Positions 14,513-26,880 of a DNA stretch of 64,000 nucleotides are shown piece by piece. Every line of letters starts with the position of its first letter. Positions within the stretch are counted from its first letter, which is position 1. This DNA is from Octopus sinensis (taxonomy: Eukaryota). Where the stretch lies: contig NC_043014.1 of the NCBI RefSeq assembly GCF_006345805.1, positions 54,994,001 to 55,058,000 on the forward strand, given 5' to 3'. The position numbers and the translations under genes are program-made. The notes below the pieces were generated by a model, which was not told the DNA's origin, ran no database searches, and saw nothing but the letters and a program-made list of their open reading frames with translations.

Positions 14513-14724
14513 TTAGCAGTCACTACTCTGTTCTCTTCTAAGTTTGTCCAATTCCTCTTCAACGAGTTTAGCCAGGTCGTATCGCTTCATGTCATGAAGA
14601 ATCTTACGGAAGTTTATTGCAGTGCTGTTCAGTGATGTATTATTCCAGTCGACCAAAACATTTATGCAGGGATCCTGGCTGCTTTCATATCTTCCGACCA
14701 AAGAAAGATCACAGTTCAAATGAC
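14513..14724 (-). CDS. Roco-like gene terminal coding exon (Death domain C-half)
   Basis: Acceptor tttcctcag (phase 1). GHLNCDLSLVGRYESSQDPCINVLVDWNNTSLNSTAINFRKILHDMKRYDLAKLVEEEL matches death-domain PxxxLLxxW...LxxxLxxMxRxD; stop at 14513. AATAAA on the minus strand at 14484-14489 and 14297-14302. Confidence 0.85.
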
Positions 14725-17700
14725 CTGAGGAAAGAAAACAGAACATTGATCAAGAAATATTTTCATATGTGTGTGTGTGTGTAATAAGCAGGAAACAGGT
14801 ATGGTATATAAAGGCGGCGAGCTGGCAGAAACGTTAGCGCGCCGGGCGAAATGCTTAGAGGTATTTCGTCTGCCGTTACATTGTGAGTTCAAATTCCGGC
14901 GAGGTCGACTTTGCCTTTCATCCTTTCGGGGTCGATAAATTAAGTACCAGTTACGCACTGGGGTCGATGTAATCAACTTAATACCTATGTCTGTCCTTGT
15001 TTGTCCCCTTTGTGTTTAGCCCCTTGTGGGTAGTAAAGAAATAGGTATGGTATATAAATAATAATAATAATGAAATTATTGTATACAGTGCTCAGGTGCA
15101 CCACAACTTGTCAAAAGTGTGTATAAAGTATATGCAGTAATGTACAAATGTCTGGAAAGTGAACAGTATATGAGTCAGATACATGCTTGTGTGTATGGAG
15201 GGGAGAAAATCAGTTGTAGTGTTGGCAAATCTCAGGAAGCATGGAAGTTTTGAAGGATGCAGTGCTCCGACAACTAACAACTGATGCCAGCAGTTTGTTT
15301 CATGCTTCGGCAAATCTTAACATGAAAAATGTTTCTGAAAGTCCTGGAAGGAGCTGTGCTGTTTTCTGACTTTGTAAACATGTCCACCTTTTTGAAATTC
15401 TACCATTTGTGGACATGTTTATAAATCCAAACAACAGGACATTTCTGAAAGTCATGGGTAATGTCCAGAATGTCCAAGAAAACCTGCCCCCACCATCACT
15501 TCACACTGACCAGTCAATAGACTGATCACGTGGAACATGTGGTGTTTTGCTCCTGATGTCTGACCATGTAAGCAGGGATTCAGTTTCAAATCTCCACCAC
15601 ACCACAAAGCACAGAAGTCTTAGAAGCAGATGTAAAAGTGTCCAGCCGCAGCAGCAGAGATGGAATTGCCAGGTCCATATTTCAATTTTCTTTAGTGCCA
15701 CCAGCAACAAACATCAAATTGTAACTGCATGCCCAACATGTTAGACATCCCATAAAAACATAAAAAAACCATCTTGTGTTACATCCCCAGCCTCTTTCAT
15801 CCGAGAGTGATATAGAGTAATTCCTCGTCCATCAACTCCGACGTCTGGCAGCTGACTTGGCAGACACCCATAAAATTATCAACCATCGTACAAACAATAA
15901 CTCTGAGCACCTTTTCAAACTCCACCCGTCTAACACCCGTGGACATGTTTACAAAGTCAGAAAACAGCACAGCTCCCATGACTTCAGGAAACATTTTTTC
16001 ACGGTGAGAGTTGCTGAAGCATGGAACAAACTGCCGGCATCAGTTGTAAGTTGTCGGAGCACTGCATCCTTCAAAACTTCCATGCTTTCTGAGATTCGCC
16101 AACACTACACTTGATTTTCTCCCCTCCATACACACACACAAGCATGTATCTTACTCATGCATTGTCCGCTTTCCAGACATTTGTACATTACTGCATGTAC
16201 TCTGACAAGTTGTGGTGCACCTGAGCACCGTATACAATAATTTCATTATTATTTAAAAAATTTTTTTATCCCATTTGGATTTCAAATGTAAATTTTGAGA
16301 GAGAGAGAGAGCAAAGATAGAAAACAAAAGCATCAGAGCTCCCTGCATAAAATGTGTTAAGACTGGCTTAGCCAAAAACGCAGAGCCATGCCAGTGATAA
16401 AGGGATCAATGAACATACATTGAGATTATGCATAACACTAAGGGACAAATATCCCCCCTGCCTTCGGGGAAAAAGTTCTCAAACTTACGAATGAGCCCAA
16501 CCTCCCCTAATATTAACGAAAGAACAAACAGGTTTTGATCCGTATAATTATTCTGCATCAAAATTATTCAGAAGTTTTAAGAAAAAAAGATTTAGCAAGG
16601 GAGATAACTCCAATAAAATGTAGTCGCTCTCCAGTGGGAGAGTCATAACTGGAAGGCCTCTAACTACGTGTCCGCTTGATCAGGGCTGAATTGTGGGCTG
16701 TACAACACCAATATGGCCCTTCCCAATCAGTTAGTTGCAATTCTTCAAGAATAAACAATGAAAATGAAAATATTCGAAAAATAAATAGGCGCAAGAGTGG
16801 CTGTGTGGTAAGTAGCTTGCTAACCAACCACATGGTTCCAGGTTCAGTCCCACTGCATGGCACCTTGGGCAAGTGTCTTCTGCTATAGCCCTGGACCAAC
16901 CAATGCCTTGTGAGTGGATTTGGTAGACGGAAAATGAAAGAAGCTTGTCGTATATATGTATATATATATATGTGTGTGTGTCTGTGTGTGTTTGTCCCGC
17001 TAGCATTGCTTGACAACCGATGCTGGTGTGTTTACATCTCCGTCACTTAGCGGTTCAGCAAAAGAGACCGATAGAATAAGTACTGGGCTTACAAAGAATA
17101 AGTTCCGAGGTCGATTTGCTCGACTAAAGGCGGCGCTCCAGCATGGCCACAGTCAAATGACTGAAACAAGTAAAAGAGAGAGTAAAGAGTAAGAGATTTC
17201 AATGCTTCCAAACCGGAAGGTCTTAGTTTCAAACCCACTGCACAGCACCCTGGACAAGTGTGTTCTACTACAGCCTTTACTGCAACCAAAGACCCTGAAA
17301 CTGAAATAACCCTGTTGTACATACACGTGTGCGTGAGTGTATGAATGTCTGTCTAGACATGGTGTGACAGTTGTAAACGAGTGTCACTGTCATACAAGCA
17401 GTGTCATTCGTTTCCTGTCTTCCTTGGAAACACATTCAACCATGGGGAAATATTAACCTTATCTGGAAACAGGTGAGGGTTAATGAGAGGAAGCACATCA
17501 GGCCATGAAAAGGTCAGCTTTGACAGAGTCAGGGAGACCCTTACAAGCATGGAAAGGAGGACATTTAAAACAACGACAAAGGTGTTGGATGTAGGTTGTA
17601 GGTTCTCTTACCAGCCAGCATTTTCCAGTTGAGACTTGGGTTAGAATTTAGTTCCAGACAGATGTGAAAGAGAATTTTGGAATTCAACTCAAGTACAGAC

Positions 17701-18013
17701 ATTTTTTCAACATCGATCACTTTACCCTGAAAATGGAATAAAAAGAAAGAAAAAAGATGAAAAGGAACTCGAAATAGCAGCGTTCAACATAGCTTCTTTT
17801 TAAATCTTTTGAAAATAACTTTGGCACAGGCCTGGCTTCATGGTTAAGAAGCGTGCTTCCCAGCCATGGGGTTCCAGGCTCAATACCAATGCATGGCATT
17901 TTGGGCAAGTGTCTTCTACTATAGCCTTGGACAGGCCAAAGCCTTGTGAGTGGATTTGGTAGACGGAAACTGAAAGAAGCCCGTCGTGTATGTATGTGTT
18001 AGTATACATATCT

Positions 18014-18046
<33 letters not shown>

Positions 18047-18183
18047 GCGTTAGGAAGGGCATCCAGCTGTAGAAACACTGCCAGATCAGACTGGGCCTGG
18101 TGCAGCCTTCTGGCTTCCCAGACCCCAGTTGAACCGTCCAACCCATGCTAGCATGGAAAGCAGACGTTAAACGATGATGATGA

Positions 18184-18223
<40 letters not shown>

Positions 18224-21200
18224 GTTTTACTTAGGCATAGCGATAGTAATAACTTGGGGTTAGAACTCAATAGATATATGCCTCAGAATAAAGCATTAGT
18301 TGAATACAGAGCATAATAAGAGATTAACTAAATGGTGAGGGAACAAGAAATTATGCAATGGACTGCATTAGCTTACAGCTGTTTCTGCTGTAAGATGCAA
18401 TGCACTCAACCAAGTGCTTGTGCATCACCTTATAGTTTCCATAGGAAAGCAATTATATACATGGAAAAGATCTAAGTAGCGTTTATCCTTCAAACTTTAT
18501 ACCCCATTTCTTATGTATTTTTATATTTTTTAAATTGTGATTGTTTCCATATATATAAATTAACTCTAACACATTGCAGATGCCAGCGCCACCTGACTGG
18601 CGTCCGTGTTGGTGACACGTAAAAGCACCAACCGATCGTGGTCGTTCGCCAGTCTCCTCTCGCCCCTGTGCCGGTGGCACATAAAAAGCACCCACTACAC
18701 TCACGGAGTGGTTGGCATTAGGAAGGGCATCCAGCTGTAGAAACACTGCCAGATCAGACTGGTGCCTGGTGCAGCCTCCTGGCTTCCCAGACCCCAGTCA
18801 AACCGTCCAACCCATGCCAGCATGGAAAGCGGACGTTAAACAATGATGATGATGATGACATTGCAGTCCAAAGACAGCTTAATGACCAAAACAGTAAAGA
18901 ACACACACAGAGAGGAATAACTTACGATTTGCTTCACTTGGGTTTCATTGATGAGATGTGTGCAAAAGATTGGAGATTCATGTTTCCTCTGAGAATGGCA
19001 ACAGTAGATGCACTGTGGGTTGTGGCATCGTCCGTAATACTTGAAGAAGCTGTATGGGAATACAGCCACGCAGACTTGATGAAGTTGTTGGAATATGTGA
19101 AATAGAGTTTCTTCATTGGACTGAGTTGTGATTCTAGAGAAAAGTAAAACGAAAATAAAGGACAGGTCAATATATATATAGACATAAATGTACCATGCAC
19201 CCCTCCACCACACACACATCCTTGGAAGCCCCGTCTTCATTCCGCAGAATGCCAGCTTTCTAAAAATTCCTTCCTTCCGTATGTTTTTGTGCAAACATTT
19301 CCTCCAAATTGTGATCAAACAAGTTGATCTCACAGGTATTGGGATCTAAGAAAGAGAAGAAAATAAAAAGGGTTCTTGTTCAGTTCCACTGTGTGGAACC
19401 TTGGGAAAGTGTCTTTTACTATAGCCATTGCTGACAAATGCCTTGTAAAGGAATTTAGTAGAGAGAGAATGTGTGGAGATCTGTTGTTTGTTTGTTCATA
19501 TGTGTGTGTGTGTGCGTGTGTTTATTTCAAAATGATCTAAACTGAAACCTTCTATAAAAATTTAATATTGATTTATTGGCATTAGGAAGGGCATCCAGCT
19601 GTAGAAACACTGCCAGATCAGACTGGGCCTGGTGCAGCCTCCTGGCTTCCCACACCCCAGTCGAACTGTCCAACCCATGCTAGCATGGAAAGCGGACGTT
19701 AAATGATGATGATGATGATGTCCCAAACACCAGCTTAATGATATAAAGTTATTTTATAAAATTCTCCATTATTTTTTTCAAAATTAATTAAAACAAAACC
19801 AGTGGATTTCTATAGAAATATGGTAACAAAACAGTTAAAGCAATCTTAATTAAAACCTTTCATCAAAGTTTCATGTTAATTTATGCTCTAAATGCCAGCT
19901 CAATAATAAATTCTTCATTATTTTCATAATTAAATGGAGCAAAGAGTATTTTAATAGGAATATGAAAACCAAAGGGTTGAGACACTTTCTAATTATGACT
20001 AAGCCTTTAGCATTCAAACCAGTCACATTCAGCCCAAATATTCAACGTTTTGGGTTCAAACCGTCAAGATCCAGCCACTCACACCTACCCTACAATGTCA
20101 TTCCAAAATATACAATCACATCATTGAAATCTCAAAGCTATGAGATAGTTAAGTTAAGTTAAGTTAATTTTTTGGCTCAAAAAGCAAAAAGCAAGGCCAT
20201 GTAGTTATGTACAGGGTGGTGTTCATGTAAAGAGTTCAGGCCACTTGTGGTCAAGGGAGACTTTGAACCGAGCGGTCATCGGCATCTTCACTATCTCGTC
20301 CGGCAGCTTATTCCATGGATCCGCAACCTGGACGGAGAAAGCCCCTCTCCTTCGATTGAGATGAAATCGTCGCAGATAGAGCTTTGCGGAGCGACCCCGC
20401 AGCCGACGCTCTGGAGCAGGAGTGAAGAACAGCTCTTTCGAGAGGTTACACTTTCTGCTTATGGATTCTGCAGATAATCCATGATTAATTCGAAACAATG
20501 AGAATAAATAAGGATTATATTTGACAGAGTAATCTGGATGCTAAAGGGTTAACGAGAAATTAATTGAATGCAAAAGGTAACTCACTCTGAGGTGATTTTG
20601 ACCTGCTGGGTCTGCCACTGGTATTGGAAGTGAACCATATGTGTTCCGACCATGATGTTGCACTGGGATAATTGGATCTCTTGAGGTAATTCCCAACCGT
20701 ATAAATTTCCAAAGGAAATGACCAGCCTGAGAAAGTCCGTGTGCTGTGCACTGCTGCAGAACTGAATGTAGAGTGAGAAAACATTATGCATCAACGGGTT
20801 CTGCACTTCCATTTGGTAACTGTGCTGCAAACAAGGGATGTAGTATTTGGTGCAGGCGTACTGGCCCGACTCCTTTAAGCTTAATATCACATTGTGGCTC
20901 TCGAGTAACGCAAGGACTGAATGGCTGAAGACATCACTGGGATACAAGTTGTCGACCAGAACCTGTTGGTCCACTATTCCGTTGGGTATTTTATGGTATT
21001 GAGAGAAAGTGTGACTTCTGCTCACTAAAGAAATTGGTTGATATGCAAGCTGAGACATGGAGTTTAAAACGTACTCAATGTTTACATATAAACTATTTCC
21101 TTGTGGTAAAAGAGCAGATTTTCTGGAATTTACTGGAAAATAGAAATAAATAAAAAAAGTTAATATAAATTGGAAAATATATATTCTATTTCTTGTTGTG

Positions 21201-23268
21201 TGCTGAAAAGGTCATTATGTCAATAATAACACACAGTCAGTGCATGTGTTATTGTTGGTGCAATGACCCTCCCAAAACACAAAATTTGTTTCAACACACA
21301 AAATTCACATCAAAAATCTTGCAAACCAGACACAGAAACAAACGAATATTCTACTAATTTAATTTTAATTTTTACACCATTTTGTGAAGAACAGGTTTCC
21401 AGCGGCACCAGTCATGGATTCCCTGTATTTTTCACAGTGAGAATAAGAAGGGAGTATATGTGCAGCTGTAACAGAACAAATATACAAGGTATTTTGGCTT
21501 GGAAACAATGGTTTTTATTGGTTTTCCTCACCAATGTTTACATTTTTCAGTGAAAATCAAAGACAGATGCATATTCATAAATTCAAAAAATGGTTTGCAT
21601 TGAGTTTCGTATTTTACAGAGACATATATCTGTATGAAGATAAACACACACACACACACATACGTATATCATATCTGTTTCCTTGTTTTTATGTTTGCTT
21701 TTCCATGGGTTAGACTAATATATTATTGAAGCACTATTTTAGCAATCATCATCATCATTGTTCGACCGTGGTCGAGACAATGGAATTTACCATGCTACGC
21801 CAGACTTCACGGTCCATCATGGCATTACGGAGGTCCTGTTGCTGGATGCCTGTATCCCTGGAGATTACATCAGGGTAGGAGAGTGTGCGCCCTCTGGTAT
21901 TGCGAGTAGATGGCTTCCAGAGGAGGAGAGTAGAAATTACCTTTTTTTCAGCTCTACAACAATGTCCAGCAAACTGGACTCTCCTACCTTTCACAAGAGA
22001 TGACACAGGTGGTAGTTTCCCATATATTTGCATTTTGGTTGGATGGCGCTTCCACGAGAGATTTTGAGCTCTCATTTTAGCAATGGACACCCCTCACATC
22101 ACCAAACCTTCCTTGTTTCTCAAGTATGAGATCTCCTATTTCTCATGTATTTCAAGGTGTGAAGTAAGCCACACACACACACACACACTTTAAAATGGTG
22201 AAACCTTGCTAAAAATGTGACATTGGAAGAAGACATGGTCGTCCAACTTATTGGATTCTGTTTGACCATCCAACTCATGCCAGCATGGAAAGCAGACAAA
22301 ATGATGACGATGATGATGATGTGGATGATTCTGTTTACATTTTATATGAATAGGCGCAGGAGTGGCTGTGTGGTGAGTAGCTTGCTTGCGAACTACATGG
22401 TTCCGGGCTCAGTCCCACAGCGTGGCACCTTGGGCAAGTGTCTTCTACTATAGCCTCGGCCGACCAATGCCTCGTGAGTGGATTTGGTAGACGGAAACTG
22501 AAAGAAGCCCGTTGTATATATGTATATATATATATATATATATATGCGTGTGTGTGTTTGTGTGTCTGTGTTTGTCCCCCTAGCATTGCTTGACAACCGA
22601 TGCTGGTGTGTTTACGTCCCCGTCACTTAGCGGTTCGGCAAAAGAGACCGATAGAATAAGTACTGGGCTTACAAAAGAATAAGTCCCGGGATCGATTTGC
22701 TCGACTACAAGGCGGTGCTCCAGCATGGCTGCAGTCAAATGACTGAAACAAGTAAAAGAGTAAAAGAGAGTAAAGAGTAATATGTCATCATCGTTGTTGT
22801 ACTGTCCACCTTTCTGTGCTTGGATGGGTCAAATGCATTTCACTGAGGCAAACTTTCTATGGTTGGATGCCCCTCCTCTACCAACCCCCATCTCTTTTCA
22901 AACAAATACTCCACCCCCCACGTAGATATATTAAAATGGAGAAGTTTTTGGTGAAGCAGGGTGTGATGCAGCTTTAAAGGGGTTTGTTGTGTAAGGGCCG
23001 GTCAATGTGAGAAGGTACAAAGTTAACAACAGACGGAAAAAGAAAACAAAGTGACCGCTTGACCTTTGCATTTCTATATTTTGGGGTTATGACACCTTCT
23101 TCAGGACATTTGGATAAAAAGCAAGGAATGGAAAATTTGTTGCTGAAATGTGTGTGGGAGGAAGGAAATATGTATAGACTGGTGTTGCTATAGCAACCAG
23201 TTTGCTAGATGTGGTTCCTTCCTGTTGTTAACGGCCGATCTCAATTTGTTTATAAGGAGGGACTCCAT

Positions 23269-23304
<36 letters not shown>

Positions 23305-26300
23305 GTATCTGATAGGCTTCCCCACAGTTTCCAATTACCAGGGTTCTTTCTCTTGGTGCTGGCTCCAGTCACTGGAATGAAGCCATTGCTAGGGCACCAC
23401 TTTAGAGAGTTTTAATTAATCCTATTCTTTGGTTGGTTCTTACCTCATAATTAAGAACAGAAGCAAAGCAAAATCAATTGAGTGCAAAGGGCTTCATACG
23501 ATATTTTGTTCAACAGACCAATACTGCCTTATCTTCCCATCATGCATTTATACATAGATTGGGTCTCATCCCATAAATAATGCAGGTTTTTTATAATTCT
23601 TTTATTTTTTCAAAATTAAGATAAAGTTCTTTTTTATTCTAAAATATCCTCTCCTTTATTTTCTACAATGCTCTTCCAACTAACTGGTAGACTTGCAAGA
23701 CCCCTCTTCTGGAATTCACTTTTCCGTGATGAAAAATACTCCACCAGTAACTGTTCTGACCTCGTCTACAGAATTCCTATTCAAAAACACAGAGCCATTG
23801 GTCATAATGTCAACAAAGAATGCCAACATCACCACCACAAGTCGGTTCAAGTAAAACATCATAAACAGACAATGTAGAATAAAGTACACACACACACATA
23901 TGCAACAAGCTTCTTGCAGTTTCTATTAACTAAATTTCTTCACCGAGCGAACCAATCCTATGACTGGCACCTGGCAGATGCCAGGACCCCTGGACTGGTG
24001 GTACATAAAAAGCACTATCCGAATCGTGGCCGAAGCCAGTGCCGCCTCGACTGGCTTCCATGCCGGTGGCACGTAAAAAGCACCATCCGAATTGTGGCCA
24101 AAGCCAGTGCCGCCTCGACTGGCTTCCGTGCCGGTGGCACGTAAAATGTACCAATCCGACCATGGACGTTGTCAGCCTCGCCTGGCACATGTGCAGGTGG
24201 CACGTAAAAAGCACCCACTACACTCACGGAGTGGTTGGCGTTAGGAAGGGCATCCAGCTGTAGAAACATTGCCAGATCAGACTGGAGCCTGGTGCAGCCT
24301 TCTGGCTTCCCAGATCCCTGGTCGAACTGTCCAACCCATGCTAGCATGGAGAACGGACGTTAAACGATGATGATGATGAGCATTGGACTTCTTGGGATGG
24401 TCACAAAGTTATTCCATTCTCCCTTGGATTGTTCCCTTCTCTTTCATTTGAGCCCCAATTTTTTCACCATGTATGTCATTTCCCCAGCATCTTAGCAGGC
24501 TTTGATTTCTTGGATACCAAATGGCAATTGTATGGACATCCTTTCTTGCAACCACAAAATACAAGAAGAGCCAGTTTTTCCTTAACCAAGCAGAGTTGTG
24601 TACCTTGCTCAAGAGCACAGCTTACTGTTTCTTGTAGGATAAGCAACCACAGAGAGGTTTCCTACATTGGCTTGTGAAAGACAGGTAACAGAGAATGGTA
24701 AGCAGTGGATTGAGTTAAATACGATCTGTTGAATGGAAAAGTCTGAGCACAACTGTGGGTTTCTTGCATTTTCTGTCTACCAAATCTAACGACATGGATT
24801 TGATTGGCCCAAGGTGCCACGTAGTGGGATCGAACCTGAAGCCATGTTGTTGATAAACATCTTAACATCAAGCCTGCGCCAATCAATGAAAGATGTGAAC
24901 CCAATAAACAGGTGCTTTTAAACAAAAATCCTTGGTCTCTGTTACATCCAAATTGTATTGGATGGTCATGTTGGGACCCTGAGCATCAAAAATGCTGTGA
25001 GTCATTGGCTGGTTTACTGGAAACTTAGAACCAGCAACCTCAATGTTTATAAATTGATAATGATGATGCTGATGATGATAGTAATTGCAATCAAGATTTT
25101 GATTATTATTGCCCTCCTCCTCCTCCTTCTTTAGTTGTATTAATTTAATTAATTAATCTTTAATATTATTACAATGATAAAAGTTAATTGATGAAATTAC
25201 AATAAAATAAGAAATATTTTCCCCACTCCAACTAACGACTTACCTCCAATATAATATTTGAAGGAACTCATTTCACGCACCGTTTGATGAAGATCCTGCT
25301 GAGAAATTTTATCAAAGACTTTGTGAACAGTTTTGAAAAAGTCAGTTGCAATACTTTTGCAGAGACCAAGATGGTAGAGCTTGTGCAGCGCATAAGCCGC
25401 ATGGTAACTCATTGAAATTTCCTTTTGTTTAGCGAGTTCAAAGACAGAATTGACAAATGTGTCACTGTTTTGGTCAGAATTTGAAGGAATAACAATGGGT
25501 TCCACCATTATTTTGTCAATGAAGTAATTGTGTTGATTGCGACATTGTTCACTGTTATCCTGACAGACACATTTCACTTTAATTTGTACCTCTTTTCCAA
25601 CGCAAGACTGAATCGTATGGATGTATCTCTTCAGCATTCGCAGTTCCGCTTGCTTGGATCCTTGCGTAACGCTAGACAGCTGACAGTCCAGCATGATGAA
25701 GAAAATGCTGTTTTTAGTAAAAGTGAGTTTCATGCAATGATGAAAGAAAGACTCGTCTGATGAAGCCAGTAGCTCAAGCGCTATCAGATGCTTCACGTCC
25801 AAATGGTAAAACCAGGATCGTTTACTCCAGGACTCAACAAAAAATGTCCCTCTCTGGGTCCACACACAGGAAGCTTTGAAAGCAGCTGTATCATTATTGA
25901 GATTTGTTTCTGGCATTGGATAATTCTGAGACGTTTTGTGACGGTTCGACTTCAGTCTGTTCACCAGGAAGTTGTAATACACCATGGCAGCAGGGCCACA
26001 CAAGAACACCCTTTTTATTGGACAAATCCTCTTCTGTTCAACACACGGATTGTTTCTATGTTTGAATTTGACGGGTCTTTGAATAATTAGTCGTAGCTCT
26101 GATTCGGTTTCTATTTTCTGGTCAATAACTTTTTTCTGGAGAATAAAAGAAAAGAATTTAATTTAAAAATTGAAGAAAAAAATTAATCAAAAGAAATATT
26201 ATTTTATCTAGAAAAAAAGAAAAAACGATATCAATGTTTTATTCTAAAATTAAATGTTGCATTTCAGTAAAGTCAAATTAGCCAATTTAGTAAAAATATA

Positions 26301-26828
26301 CTCCATTAAATTTATTGGGCTTATTGAGGTATGGCCTGTACACCTGATTACATTTGTGGGAAATTTCCAAAGTTCAATGACAAATGTATTTATTTAAGTT
26401 CTGGAATAATACAAGATTAGTATAACCCTCACATGTGTCCCTAGCTTTCAAAGTTGCTCTCAAAATCAATTAAGTTTTATGACAATAATTAAATAATATG
26501 TTTGATAGGATTTTCGTCAAACACCAAAAATAATTAAATATGTTAACCACCTTACAATATATATATTGTGGAGCGGTTAACAAGAGAGACAGAGAAAGGC
26601 AGAAACAAGGAAAATGCCACTTATATTTGAACACTATACAAATATTCCTTTAAAAAAACTTTTCTTTTAATTTATCTAAATTTAATTATTTAATCGTTAC
26701 AGTTGAAAAGGTCTCAAAATGACCGAAACCGGTACTGAAATGTTCTTTATAAAATTATTTTAGCATTTTCTATCTTGACTTGTTTTTTCATATATATCAA
26801 CTCGTGTGTTCCTTTTCACCCTTATACA

Positions 26829-26880
<52 letters not shown>

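Noticed and set aside
15501-15744. Short ORFs between the last two exons
   Set aside because: There are no suitable splice sites or domain similarity, and exons 17612 and 14724 already join in phase to complete the death domain.
16618-16655. Minus-strand TTATGA-ctctcc[cact]ggagag-CGAC hairpin resembling an HHR
   Set aside because: Both core segments are broken and no stem III or cleavage triplet is present.
19189-19345. Extra coding exon upstream of exon 6 (part of ORF 18836-19333)
   Set aside because: Joining it to the phase-2 donor at 20586 gives an immediate TGA, whereas 20586->19133 joins cleanly.
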